A DNA stretch of 64,000 nt from contig NC_086097.1 in assembly GCF_963921235.1 (NCBI RefSeq), forward strand, positions 74,774,001 through 74,838,000, written 5' to 3'. This DNA comes from Mobula hypostoma. Taxonomy: Eukaryota. Below, piece after piece: positions 36,291 to 50,060 of the stretch (its first letter is position 1; each line of letters opens with the position of its first letter). Made by a program: the position numbers and the translations under genes. The notes below the pieces were generated by a model. The model was not told the origin of the DNA, searched no databases, and saw only the letters and a program-made list of their open reading frames with translations.

Positions 36291-38272
36291 TTGCCTGAGG
36301 TCTGGGTTCTGTTGCATGGGAGCAGGTCAGCATCCGCAGTGTGCAGAGAAATGCCCCCCACTGGCACACTGCTTTCCTCACCGGGTGTGGGAAACGAGCT
36401 GCGGTTCTACAGGAGCGATGGCAATGTTTCTGAACAGCTGCCTGTTCTCCACAAACAGGGAGATTCTTCGCCGCAGCAAACTGCGCTCCTGTGTGGATGG
36501 GCTCCTGTTAGCCCATGAGTGGCTTGTTCTCCTTCTGGAGGAAGGACATGGCTCAAGGGAGCTTGTCTCTCTTCTGATAGGAGCAGAGGCACAGGCCCCA
36601 CTCTCTCTCTCCCTCTCACTGCCTTATCATTGTCAGCAACGTCCTGACCAGGCAGCACGGAGGGGGCAACTGTGTGGCGGTGAGCAGTCGCCAGTGTTTC
36701 GGAGGATGCCCGCCAGCTCAGGGGGTTGAAACAATGGCAGTTGGTTTGTGTATCAACAGAATGTTGTATCACTGTCTGCGTAGTTTCTTGAGAGCAACTG
36801 CAAGATTAACACTCTCTTCACCAAATGAGCTTGTACCTCCCAGGCAACACACACACTGACACTCATAGCTGACCATCCCAAGCTGCTCCAGTCTGACCCC
36901 GGAGCCTGAGGCTGCCTCACCTAAGGCAACAGCCTCTCCTGGGCCATCACAGGTGTCCATACAGATCCTTAAGGGAAAGAGACAGCCTTCTGACTGAGGG
37001 GTAGGGGAAAGGTAATTATCGCCGTAAGACAACCCGGTTCAGGTGCTGCAAGTTCAGTGACACAGCGTGGAAGGCTGAAATGCTGCCGCTTAAGTGAACC
37101 TCAGCTAGAATCTCATGGGCGACTTTTAATTCAATGCTCTTTCTTTGTGGTATCCATCAGCCTGAAACAGGTGGTTGGCCCAGCCCGCTGATCAGCAGGT
37201 TATGTGCATGCTCTCATTTGCAATGGTTACAGTGCAAAGAGAGGGCGGTCACTCCAGCATCCTTCCACCTGCGAGAGAGAAGCCGATCTGAGGTGAGTTC
37301 AATGGCATGGAACTACGCAGCAAGATATGAAGGATGTTTATGCATTGGCCGGGGTCTCCTGTCTAATTTTGATGGACAATATTAGTGGTAACAACAGGAG
37401 CGAGATTGACTTGCCTCACAGTGGGGAGCGTCTTTATGAAAATTGGCAGTCAACTGTATCTGTGCCTCTTCCATATTGATGGGAGATGAGGTTGTAGATG
37501 CAGAACAGGGGCACCCCACCCCCCGCCACACCTGCAGCACCCTCCTTTTCTCCCTAGTTCAGCTGCCCTGTGTCCCTCAGACTCCAAGGCTTCTTCCTCC
37601 AGTGATGGCTGCCATCTTCAATCAGCTCGACTATGCACTGTAAAGTACTGATGCAGGCAACAACACCTCAGCCTTGGGCAGTTTCCCCTGCAATGCAGGC
37701 AGGCAGTGGTACCTGCTATAGTCAGCAGACATACTGGAATGAGCAGCCAAAGAAGCAGAGGACCATCCTGGAGCCCCAGGAACCCCTGATTTAGTCCATT
37801 AGCCATGTCCTTTGCCTCTGATAAATCAATTTCCTTCCCAATCTCTGCTCAGCTCCACCTCGCATTTTACAACTCCCTTTTGCTTACTTATTATATATAA
37901 AACTGTACTGTAATGTTTTCAGATTCCCTTTCTCGTTTGTAGCCATGTTTGTTCGTGTTTCTCCCCTCACTTTTTTCCTTTAGTTGTTGCTAATTCAGAG
38001 AACTTATGGTTCTTCCATCAAGTACTCCAATGTGGCTTTTGTTATTCTATGCAACCTCCCTGCAAATTTGCTTGTCTGCCTCCCACTAGAACACGGGTTC
38101 CCAAGCTCTTCTGTTCCATGGACCCCTACCATTAACTAAGAGGTCCACAGAGCCCAGGCTGGGAACCCCTGCACTAGATGAAGGTCTATGGAATAGTCCC
38201 AGTGATCTTACTGATGTCAGCCTTAAAAGGCGAATATAATGCTCAGCAGATGATCTGAGCAAAATACAAAAG

Positions 38273-38278
38273 CTATAT

Positions 38279-38312
<34 letters not shown>
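38273..38312. repeat. (TA/CA)n microsatellite adjacent to a Penelope-type terminal fragment (38313-38450, minus)
   Basis: tatatacatacacacacacacacacacacacacacaca, followed by cagcatctattgaaggg...agacccttcatcaagact. Confidence 0.85.
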
Positions 38313-38315
<3 letters not shown>

Positions 38316-40816
38316 GTGCAGGTTGGACAGCATCTATTGAAGGGAGTAGTTGATGTTTCATTCTAAGACCCTTCATCAAGACTGTAAGGGAAAGGGGAAG
38401 AAGCCAGAATAAGAAGGTGGGGAAGTAGAAAGAGTACAAGCTGGTTATTGTGGAAGTAAACATTTTAGATCTGAGCATGTCTGTGCTTCCTGCACCAAAG
38501 CACTCACCCGTAGTGGCCAACAATGCTCACTGTGGCACCTCCGGTAATGGGAGGACCAGCAGAGACACCACTGAGACACCCACTGAAATGGCGTGTAATT
38601 CTAGCAACAAAAAGCTCCATGTTAGAGTTAGCAATCTTTGTGGACTTTGGGGATTGTTTGAGTGCACAACGAGTTCTGAGATTGCCCAGTCAGGTTTCAG
38701 CATAAATGTCAGGAGAAGGGACAGCTGAGCTTGTTGTGCTGCATCACAGCGGATGTGTCATGTGGAGCTCCGAGTTCTGGCGACATGGGCACTGCATGAA
38801 GGGTGAGGCCACTCACTGCACATCCCTTGCCAGGGTACATCAGATACACTGAGATGGGTGGCAACCATACGTGAGCAATCCAGCTTTGCCATTGAAATAT
38901 TTTTGCATGAACATGATCTACTGTCAAGATTTACCCTGGGTAAAATGGAACTTGGATGGGGTGCAATCCAATTTATAGCCTGTGTGTACAAATATTGAGG
39001 TGCCTGCACAGACAGCATCAATCTTGGGGAGGAGTATGAATGTACAAATGCAATTACATTGGATAACCTGCTGCAAATGTACACGTATTATAAATCCTGT
39101 GTGGAGAAGTGAAATATTCATATTAGATAAGAATTAAGTAACCAGAGATTCTGCAGATGCTGGAAATTTACCTAAAGTATGATTGATACGAATGCACAAG
39201 AAAACTCCGCATTGGGTAAGAATGAAGTGAGTGTACTATATAGCACTTATGTCAGGTATGATCAATGTCAGCATTTAAAGCAGGAAATCTAGGTGAAGAC
39301 ACAATCAAAGCACCCATTAATTCCAAGGTAGGGAATCCTTTGTACCACAGTATTAGACACAGATAATATATCTTTCACAAAAACACTCGTGTCTTACAAT
39401 TCTCTCAAACCTAACAATTGTCCATTCATTCCCTGACAAGCAAGCAAGTCATTGAGGATCTCTTTTGATGATGCAGATAGGGTGTATATGGGATTTGGGT
39501 TGGTGCTTATTGTTTTCTTCCCTGCTGAAATGCCAGACTTTCTGTATTTTGTAAACATAAATGCCTTGTCAGGCTCATTGTGGGCCAACATGGCAGAGCC
39601 TGTGTCAAGTTAATGGCACATAATGAATGGTCTCACCAGCCATCAATTCCGCATCCCCTGATGTAGTGCGAAGGCACCATCACATTGTCCTACCTATCCT
39701 CCTACATGAATTGCACCAACATGTGTGGTCATAACTAGATATCAAAACGCAAAAGCAGCGATACCCCACAATGCCAAAACATCAACACAGGCAGCCTCAG
39801 TCCGAGGTACTGAATATACAAAAACTAAGGGTGAACACTGTTAAGCTGTCAATGTTTGAACATCCAGCTATATATACTGTGCATCTGAGGCAAAATAATA
39901 GTATGCTCAAAGACGTTTCCAGATGAAGGGTCTTCAACCTTAAGTATTAACTCTGTTTCTTTCTCCACACATGTTGCCTGTCTGTCTGAGTGCTTTCAAC
40001 AGTTTTCTACTTTTTTTTAATTCCTGGTGTCTTAGTTGGTGATAGGTATTGGACTACTTCATCAGCAAGGTGCCACTTTCAAACCTCAGCTGGGGCTACT
40101 ACTGACTGTAATTAGGCAGACTACAGTCCAGTAAAACTAGACTTAACAACTTTGGGCTAAGGATGCAGACAGTTATCCTGGTTTTCTGTTCTAGGCTGTA
40201 TTACAAAGGCAAAAAGGGATTTGGTTCAATAATGTTACCCTTTAGGTTAAATATTGGGAAAAAATTATGATGAACCCAAGCCCATTGATCCTTCTTCACC
40301 TTGAGGTTCCTGAGTGAAGCCTTTTATAACCTTCATCTGAAAGTATTTTAAAAAGCAGTTCTCATGGTGGTTGTTACAGGAACGTGCTTCTTCTGCTATC
40401 TGTCTTTAACAATTCTCTGGGGTTTAATGGGAGCAGCTGAATAGGGTTGGCTGCTGCTTACATTGGAAATCTTCTCCCATTTACATCAGACTTAATATGC
40501 TGAGACCTGCTGAGATCTGGTCTAGGTTTTCTCTGGGGTTCTATGAAGATCACAACACAACTGAATCTAATGAAAGATGACTTTAATATCTTCCTTGTGA
40601 ACCTTAATCTTCAGCTAAATACAGCAGTTGCTTCACCATAATACACTTTAGTTTCCATTTGCTATTAGTTATATAATCCTTTTGCAGGGACTTAGGATAG
40701 GAGGTACATGACAGCAAATGAAGGTGAGTGAAGTGACCCCCTCTGGTTCAAGAGCCTCATGGTTGACGAACAGTAACTGTTCCTGAACCTGGTGGTGTGG
40801 ATTGGTGGGCTATCCT

Positions 40817-41605
40817 AAACACAAAATACTCTGCAGATGCTGAGGTCAAAGCAACACGCTGGAGGAACTCAGCAGGTCAGGCAGCATCTGTGGAAACGAA
40901 CAGTCAACGGTTCAGGCTGAGACCCTTCGTCAGGACTAAAGAGGGAGGGGGCAGAGGCCCTATAAAGAAGGTTGGGGGGGGAGGGTGGGAAGGAGAAGGC
41001 TGGTAGGTTCCAGGTGAAAAACCAGTAAGGGGAAAGATAAAGGGGTGGGGGAGGGGAAGCAGGGGGGTGATAGGCAGGAAAGGTGAAGAAGGAATAGGGG
41101 AAAACACAATGAGTAGTAGAAGGAGGCGGAACCATGAAGGAGGTGATAGGCAGCTGGAGGAGGGGGCAGAGTGAAACTGGGATGGGGGGAGGGGGAGGGA
41201 ACTACTGGAAGTTGGAGAATTCAATGTTCATGCCAAGGAGCTGGAGACTACCCAGACGGTATATGAGGTGTTGCTTCTCCAATCTGAGTTCGGCCTCATC
41301 ATGGCAGTAGAGGAGGCCATGTACGGACATATCCAAATGGGAATGTGAAGCAGAGTTGAAGTGGTTGGCAACTGGGAGATCCTGTCTATTGTGGCAGATG
41401 GACCGGAGGTGCTCAACGAAGCGGTCCCCCAATCTGCGTCAGGTTTCACCGATGTAGAGGAGGCCGCACTGGGAGCACCAGATGCAATAGATGTCCCCAA
41501 CAGACTCACAAGTGAAGTGTTGCCTCACCTGGAAGGACTGTTTGGGGCCCTGAATGGTGGTGAGAGAGGAGGTGTAGGGACAGGTGTAGCACTTACACTT
41601 GCAGG
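40817..41605 (-). mobile_element. Penelope-like retroelement 3' fragment with GIY-YIG endonuclease
   Basis: ORFs 41439..41642 and 41202..41432 give CKCYTCPY..RQHFTCESVGDIYCIWCSQCGLLYIGET*RRLGDRFVEHLRSI..PVANHFN..H..LRLEKQHLIYRLGSLQLLGMN, a GIY-YIG domain with one in-frame stop. The terminal repeat sequence follows. Confidence 0.9.
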
Positions 41606-44600
41606 GAATTGCATTGCTATCCAGTGTTTTACCCCCAGACATTTTTATGGTTTGTTCCCCTCAAAGAATACTCAGTCTTGCACCTGTAATAATTTGATAA
41701 GTTTAGCACTCAAAATGTTATCATTTTCATTGATAAGATATTGAAAAAGTACAACTGTAGAGCTAGGTTTGCATGAAAGGTTATGAATAGGCATGTTTAA
41801 TTTTATCTACTCTATCTTATCTGCATATTCCTGACATCTTCATATGTTTGTCTCATTCATTCATAAAGTAATTTTCAGCCTCCCTGAAGTACTAATCATA
41901 AATTAACCAGAACAATTTGCCTTGTATAAAGAAAGTAATTTTAGATGGCTATTATTTCATTGATTTTTTAATTAAATATGTTAATATTTATATCTTTTTA
42001 GATTTATCAATATTTAGAATTCCTCAGATTAGTTGCCTTTTAATTGGTATATAATTACAGTTCTAATGCATTGATTAGCCTTGTTTTAATAAACATTTTG
42101 TGCTCTAAAAGTACTTGAACTAATGTAATGAAAAGAAATCACATACAAGAGAATTGCAGTAAAGTTAATTAAACTGCTATCAAGGGTTTTTGTGGTAATT
42201 ACTTAGAATTTTTGAAAATAAATGTGCTTCAAAACTTCAAATACAGCATTTAGTGCAACTTGTAACTTGATCTAGCAAGCCTTTCCCTAGAGCTGAAATG
42301 AAATATGTTTGATAAAAATAGTTGTAGAATAAACTAGGCGTCTATCGCTTATTAACTTTTAAATGTAACCTTTTGCGTGGGCAAGTATGTATTTTTAGTC
42401 TTGCCATAGAATAGAAGGTGTGAGGCACAGTAATTACAATTGTAGAGAATACAACAAATTAAATAATACCTTGACTGAAAACGTGGGAGTGACTTCACAA
42501 CTGAATAAAAATAAAATAATTTGAGCCTCATCGTCAACACCTTTGTTCATTCCACAGGTAAACTCAATGTGACAATGGTTACAAAATTGCTCAATAAAAC
42601 AAGAATCACTTAGCAGCAGACCAAGTTTTGAGAGGAGAAAACGAGTTCTTCCTACATTTGGTTATACAAGAAAAAGGTTCATGTAATTTATTATTTCCAA
42701 ATTTCCTTTTGTTATTTCAATTAAAGTTGTAATAAATTTTATTATTGATCTTCTAAGAGATAATATGGTCCAGTTATCATCAGCAGTAAGCCAGCTGTTA
42801 GCTGTCTATCAACCACCTGAAGTGGACAAGCAGAGCAGGAGCAAGAATGTCATTCCTTTGATCTGGCAAAGAGCAGCTGCTGATTTATGTACTACGACTT
42901 TGTTCTTCTGTTCTATTTTACTTTCTTTCCTTAGGCAGAACCATGAAATCTGGTGGAAAACTGCATTGTTCATTGCAACATCAACAAGCTCTGACAACTG
43001 CAACAGGCTTTCGTTGGCTCCGAGACAGCTCTCAGGCATCTCTTCTGATGCTCACCTTTCGAGATTCAGTTGTTATTGTTCAATTTAACTTCTGTACATT
43101 GAATGGACTGTGGCCAACACGCCTGGGGCATAAACACACCTGTATGAAAGCAGCCTTATTGTGGCAACCATCTCGTCCAAACTGCATACATACTACCTAT
43201 TTCCATACTAAGAAAGAATGCTCCATCCTCCCCTATGGCAAATCTTGCCTGAAGTGTACTTCATATTTCTGCTGACCTCTAAAGCCTTATCCACAGTCAG
43301 AGCATTTTTCCTTTTTTATTTATTAAGGCTATAAGACTTAAAGAATGGGGATTAGAGGGGTAACCTTATATTTGGCTGTCTGTCAGTCACAAAACAAAAA
43401 TTCTCTCAGGATCCATAGAACAAATCAGAATGAAGATTTCTTACTGGGATTAGCTCCATTAAGCCAGACCCAAAAATGCTACCTTGACATGTATATTGCT
43501 GAGGTGAAATCAGCTCCTCGCCCTTTGCATATGTCACCATCATACAGCTTTCACTCTAGGTGCAGCACTAAACTGGCTTGTAATTTACAGAGTGCAGAGT
43601 AAATGTTTCTGTGAAAAGATTTTTGGTAGGCCCCAGTGAACGCTTCTCTGTGTAGATAAATCTAATGCAGTTAAGTTGCTTTACTATTAATCATCTGTGA
43701 TGATGAATTCTAAACATAATCAATAACTGACTTTTACACAGCCGTGTTAGATTACTTGATTGGATTAGAGATTATATTAATGGATTTAATAAATCCTGAC
43801 CATGTAGAGGGATGAGTCTCAATTCTTGTATTAAATACAGAGCAATCTGGAGACAATTATAGTTTTACAAAAACATTGTGCACAATAGAAGCAACTAGAA
43901 AATGGGTTATTAATGTGAACTTTTTTTATATTACATAAAAGTAAACAATATCTATTTTTCCATCTTATAGTTGGCTGCTCAGCCTACCTTACAAATCCTT
44001 GAAATCACTAGTTCAGGTCAATAAACTGAAGTGCCCGACCTCCAACTACTCCTGCAAGTGTCATTTGGAATAAGAGCAGTGAATCAGGAACAGAGTGGAG
44101 AATATCTCAATTACGGAACTGATTGACTCCACAGAGAGTTGTTGCTCTGTCATTACAGTAGTAGACAGTGAGCAGCCTGCATTGTGTATTAGCAGAGTTT
44201 AACATTATTTGCAGTGGAACAACATCAGGGCAATTCTATACAAGGGTGAAGTGATAATTATTTAATCAATATTGTGCAACATCATTTCTACATTCAAAAG
44301 CCCCTACTCAGACTTAATACAATATACCAATTTCATTTTGCCTTAGCTTCTAAACTATTTACATAAGAACATATCTGCAAATAATGATCTTTAGCAACCA
44401 AATTAAAAAGTGCAACTATAGACTTCATTGGATTTAGACTTCACTTTATTGTATGAACACTGTGAAATATATTTTAGGATAAATTGCAAATGAAATGCAA
44501 ACACTGAACAAAGGATCCGGATCAGAGCTAAATCTGTACCTATTGGTAGAGCACTGGATTAAAACAACAGCCCAGCTAGATTTCTCCCAGATCCCAAGGC

Positions 44601-47600
44601 AAAACCCACAAAGCCGAACTGTCAAAAAAACGCAAATGAAAGAAGATACTGGTTGCAGAGTGGTGTGTCAGGTTCATCCCTCAGGCCACTGAATCAAGTT
44701 TTTCTGAGTCATATGACATTAATAGTAGTGCTTTCTCTATACTCATATTAAACCTCAAGTCTGTGTGTATGAAAGCCACTCTCCTGCAACTACTTGTTTC
44801 AATTTATAATGGAATTAAGAGACCAGACAAAGTTCCACTTTAAAATTTCTTTAAACTTTTTATATGCACTTATAAATCAAATATCACCATTCTCTTGTGT
44901 GTTCTACGTCAAACCTAGTTTGACAAAATCAGTATTTTCTGACTCTTGTGCTAAAACTTGTGTTCATCTTTTTTAAAAAGTCCACGTTATTAGCCTGAAA
45001 CAATTTGTCCAAATGCTTCAGACTCGGAGCAGATGAATAAATGTGTCACTGTCTTCCTTGTATCTTTATGACTAATGTGCATTTTTCAAATTAACAACTT
45101 CTCTGCTTGCTGAAGTCACATATAGAGGATTTACATAACACTGCATAATATCAACATAATTAATGCCCACATTCAACAACAATGTCATTAAACTATGTCA
45201 ATACATTAGTTTTCCATAAAAACCATGAATAATTTGAGCATGTTCAGGCCAGGTTAAATGATACTATTTGAACTAACCTAAAGGGGGTGCTATTTTAAAC
45301 TTCCCCACTGGATTTTTCTACTTGCTTCATACCCATCATGACAATGAGTATCAAACAAGTGAATGTATTTCAGCATTTACAGGGGGACAGAAGGAGTCAA
45401 CCTACTTTGATAAAACCTGCATAACCAAGCAAATAATAAAAGATAATGGATAACCTTGAAGTGCTTAAGTTCCCAAATTTCTCAATATTTAATGATGTCA
45501 TCTTTTTTGTAAAGTTAATGGACTTGGATATAATGAGAAAACAGAGGAGTACTTTTTAAAGCAGATTCTAAACTGTAGTTAATCATTAAAGGTACAACAA
45601 AACTGGGATATCATTTGAACAGTTGGCACATATTTATGTGAATATTTAGCTATTTCATTCCCCTTTGCAGACTGATAATGGTTTGACCAATAGAGACCAA
45701 GGTTTCACACACAGGGGATCAGAAACTGATGTCTAGACCTAACCACTTAAGACAGGTGACTATTAGTCCTAATCCCAGTGGTGACTACCTCTTAACTATC
45801 TGTCTGGTCTGCATTAATATCTGGAGAATTTTTTCTAAACCAGTCAATTTACAAAAGGTGCCAATTTAAGCCATTACAACTGTACTGCACAGATTAATTT
45901 TCAGTGAAACAAAAAAAAACTTGGCAGTCATAAGCAAAAATAAAAGCCAGCCAATGAACAGTTTTCTTCCTGACTATTAGAAATTGTAGAGTAGCAGTCA
46001 ACCGTTAACAGATTAATTGACACATTCATTAACAAACTGCAGTCTCTATCAGATGGTCCAATCAAGTTTGATAACATCAGTCCTTCTGTGGAATCCTCTT
46101 TAATACAATTTATCTTCACCTTCTACCAAACACAGTGCTCTACCTTAAATGACTGGATGTCACAAGCTGACTATCACTGGATTTATTGCGACTTATAGCC
46201 TCTATGAAATGCAGTCTCACTAGTGAAGCTAGCAGGTATTTCGGCTGGTAAACAACTACACTCATTTGAGATCTTTTTTAGACCATTTGCTCTCCTTTCT
46301 TTCCAATATCAGAGGGTTAATTACTTCCCTTTAAAAAAGTAGCATTTTTGCATTTTCTGTATAATAAAAACAGTGAACATACATAATATGCTGTGCATAA
46401 TGGAAGGAATCTAAAAGTGAATTGATCATTCTGGCAATTCTATCCAATTGTACCCCAGGAGGAGGATAAGTTTGAAAAGTTGCCAAGTAGAGCAGGTCAG
46501 CCAGTGGTTTCTGCCCTACCAGGCATAAAAAATTCTTGCTAAACACCCAGGACTCTGAGGATGAGCACTGGGCTGGAAGAGAGTTTAACCATATTGTACC
46601 AAGTGCTGATTAAAGAGGAAAATCTGATCTCATCCACAGAAAAAAAAACTCACAGTAGCTTCAGTGAAGTTTTCTCTCAATTCTGTCATGTTTTGGAGAA
46701 GGAACATCAGCAACATGTGTAGGGCAATTTAACACCCCTCACTCCTACATTGCTGTTCAATTAGATCCCAGCTAGTCTTCACTTCAATCCTTTTTATCTG
46801 ATGGCTCAATTTTACTCAATACCCTCCCTTTTCAAAATTCCATCAATCTCAGTTTCCAAAACTTCAGTTGGTTCATATCCATTCCTTTGAGAGAGACAGA
46901 ATTCCAAATTTCTATGTCCCAATGAGTTAAACAAGTTTTCCCAATTCTATAATTCGAGGTCCTATCATTTTTAATGCCTCATCAATGGAAATAGTTTTCC
47001 TCTATCATGTCTGTCAACTCCTTCCAATATTTTGAACATCTCAATTGCCCACAAGCCCACTGAAGTCACAAATCCTCATTTGGTGGAATTTCTTTTGAAA
47101 GGAAGACTTTCACAGAAAATAAATCCTAACTAATTACAAATTTGACTTCAAAGTTATAATGCTTTTTCATCAATTCTGGTTGAGATTTCTGTTAAAATCT
47201 GAGTTGAATACATTCAGTAGAGTATCATATTGTACTGAGTATGGGCATCCTTGGCATAGCATCGTAAAATATTGCAGCAAATGTGAGGCTTAGTGATGAG
47301 TGCTTGAATGCTGGAAGTGGACATACTTCACAGAGTAGATTGGATTTGATGAAACCTTGAAATTATAGAATGCATTGTGTGTTGTATTTCAAGTTAAACC
47401 CTTTAACACTGAAGCTAACTGGGGGACTAAAACAATAAATCTGACAGTATGGACAGGTGTTGCTGTGAAGACTTCTATATTCCACATATAAAAAAGTAAC
47501 AGCTAGTGGAAGTATTATCCTATTTGGCTATTCAATAAAGTAGTTCTCAAACTGAAATGCAAAGAACTTAAAGAGCTGATAAAGCTGATATCACCAGAAA

Positions 47601-49369
47601 GAATATATTATTTTACAAAATGAAATGCAGAGCATTTGCTGGTAAAAACAGATACTCCTTCCTCTCTCTAAGCTGTCTAAAAGCACAGCCTACCAGACTA
47701 CTTTTCATATCTGCTTTCACGATTTTATTTTGATATTATTTCTTCAATGGTTTGCTCTGAAATATCAGACTGACTGCTTACTCCAACCCCCTCCTCAACC
47801 ACCCCCCCATCCGCCCTCAATTGTTCCTTTTTATAGCCTTTGATGGCCTTTTCATCTGAGTGATGCAGTTCTTGGTCACAAATCTCACTGCTATTCCACT
47901 GTGTGACATCTTCACTCGTTTGCTGCTGCTCATTAACAAACAATACTGCTGTGAAATTGGTTTAATGACAAAGTAATAAAATTGCTATTCAACTCACAGA
48001 TTGCCCGAGGCTCTTCAAGCTCCTACAAGGCTTACACTGCCTTGCCAAGATGCATTAAGCTGCTTATTTGTGTTCACTGCATCCTTCACTCTGTTTTAGT
48101 CTATTTTTCTCTGTCTATATCCAATACTGTTTCCTTGCTGCCATCCAACTTAAAATTAAAGTTGATTTATGCATGTAACCTATGTCACTTTGACTCCAAG
48201 TTTGCTACATCACATGACTGGTACTATAGATATTCATTAAAAAAACATGGCCTCTCAAACAAAGGGGAAAGAAGTTTTAAAATACAATTTATCTCAACTT
48301 AAGCAGATAATTATAACCTGTCTCTAAGCAAATATATAATGTTTCCAGAGTCGTTTTCTATGATATCATAATACCTTGCTCACAAATATGAAAGAGTCTG
48401 TGTCAGAAGAGACTTCATCAGTTTTTGTTTACAGAACATTGATTTGTGCTAGTGATGTCATCACATTAACAATGCTACTGCTTGGCAGGAAGTGGTGTGG
48501 TTGCATTTAATATGTCCACGATAAATAGAAATGTACTGTGTATTTTACAGAAAGGATGCCTTGACAATTTTCTTTAAAGGAGAAAGTTAATGTAAATGCA
48601 TTATGGCTGATGCTCTCTAGAGAATATGAAATAAGCACTATTGTTTGGTAATGGAAGAGGCTGTCTCAACTGCCCCCAGCATCATATCACGTCCCCTTAT
48701 TCCACAAGATGACACTGCTCCTTTAAATATCAGCTTGCCTTCTTGCTTGGACTATTTGAAGATTTTATTAATACAAGATGTACGCATACCTACAGAGCTG
48801 CTTTTCTGCCACCTGTTTTTCATAACCACTGCCCATTTCTAAAACTTCTTGCTTACCATTTCTGGAGGCCACAACCTCCCTATGATTTACTATTGATGGA
48901 CAAGAGTGAAATAGCCAAAACACTATGTAACAGGTGGGTAATTCTAATTATAAGCAGCTAACATGTTTATTGCTTATAATGTAAGCGACTCTATGAGTAA
49001 TTTGAGCTTTTATTCTGTTTCCCAAAACAATCCTTCTGAGGTTCTTAAAGCAGTGGCTTGGTTTGAAACTCCTCGATGTATGGAAGGAACATTACGCAAG
49101 AGCTTTATAAGAGAGCGATATACAGCAGGCATGGGGAAGGAGGCAAATGGTCAGAGTGGGGAGAGATGGAAAGAGGTAGGTACATGGTTGAATAAAAGTG
49201 TTTTAGAACTTTATTTTAAACCAGGCAGAAAGACTATCAGAAAGAGCAATATGGGGAGTGAGTTTCAGATCAGGCTGAAGAAGAGCCAACCAATTGTGGA
49301 ACTGAGAAAACAAGAGCCAAAGTGCAAATCGATACTGAAGGGCAGAAGGGATAGTCGAAACAGAATGTG

Positions 49370-49610
49370 AGGTTTCCAAGGAACTGCCTGAACACTGAAT
49401 TTTGTCGATATCTGCCAAAGACTGCCACGGATTGCTTCATTTGCTGCCGAGTTACTAATGGAACTGAATATTGTGCAATCGTTAGTGAACACCCCCAATT
49501 CTGGAATTTTATTAGAAGGAAGATCACAAGTGAAGCAGCTGAAGGTGGCTGGATCTAGTGCATGGTCGTGAGGAACTCCACTGTGCTGGGATGAATGACC
49601 AATGGCAACC
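49370..49610 (-). mobile_element. Old LINE RT remnant (CR1/RTE-X-like)
   Basis: SGVPHDHALDPATFSCFTCDLP..LGVFTNDCTIFSSI is a decayed GVPQGSVLGP..F..FINDLP..FADD. Confidence 0.7.
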
Positions 49611-49935
49611 ACAACCATTTCCTTTGTGTACATATGATTCCAACTACTGGAGCACTTCCTCCTTGCTGTCTACTGAACTGTAAAACTGCCGTACCTTTAA
49701 TTCCAAAAGAGTAGATGGCAACCTCCCTGGTCTTCTGGCTAATATTTATCCCTAGAATGACATTACTAGAGGACAGATTTTTTTTGTGATTTTCACATTG
49801 CAGCTTGTGAGTGTTCTCTGAATGCAACTAACTGTCACATTTCCTTTACAACAACAGTGACAAAGACTGACTGTATTTTTCAGATGTCCTGATATTATAT
49901 AACGATGCTATATAAAGGCAGAAAGTGTCAGCATA

Positions 49936-50060
49936 AACACAAGAGATTCTGCAGATACTGGAAATCTGGAGCAACATACACAAAATGCTGGAGAAACTCA
50001 GCAGATCACATAGCATCTATGGAGGGAAATAAGCAGTTGACATTTCGGGTCAAGATCCCC
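49936..50060 (-). mobile_element. Penelope-type terminal fragment
   Basis: acacaagagattctgcagatactggaaatc...aaaatgctggagaaactcagcag...gcatctatggaggg matches 40817-40900. Confidence 0.75.
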
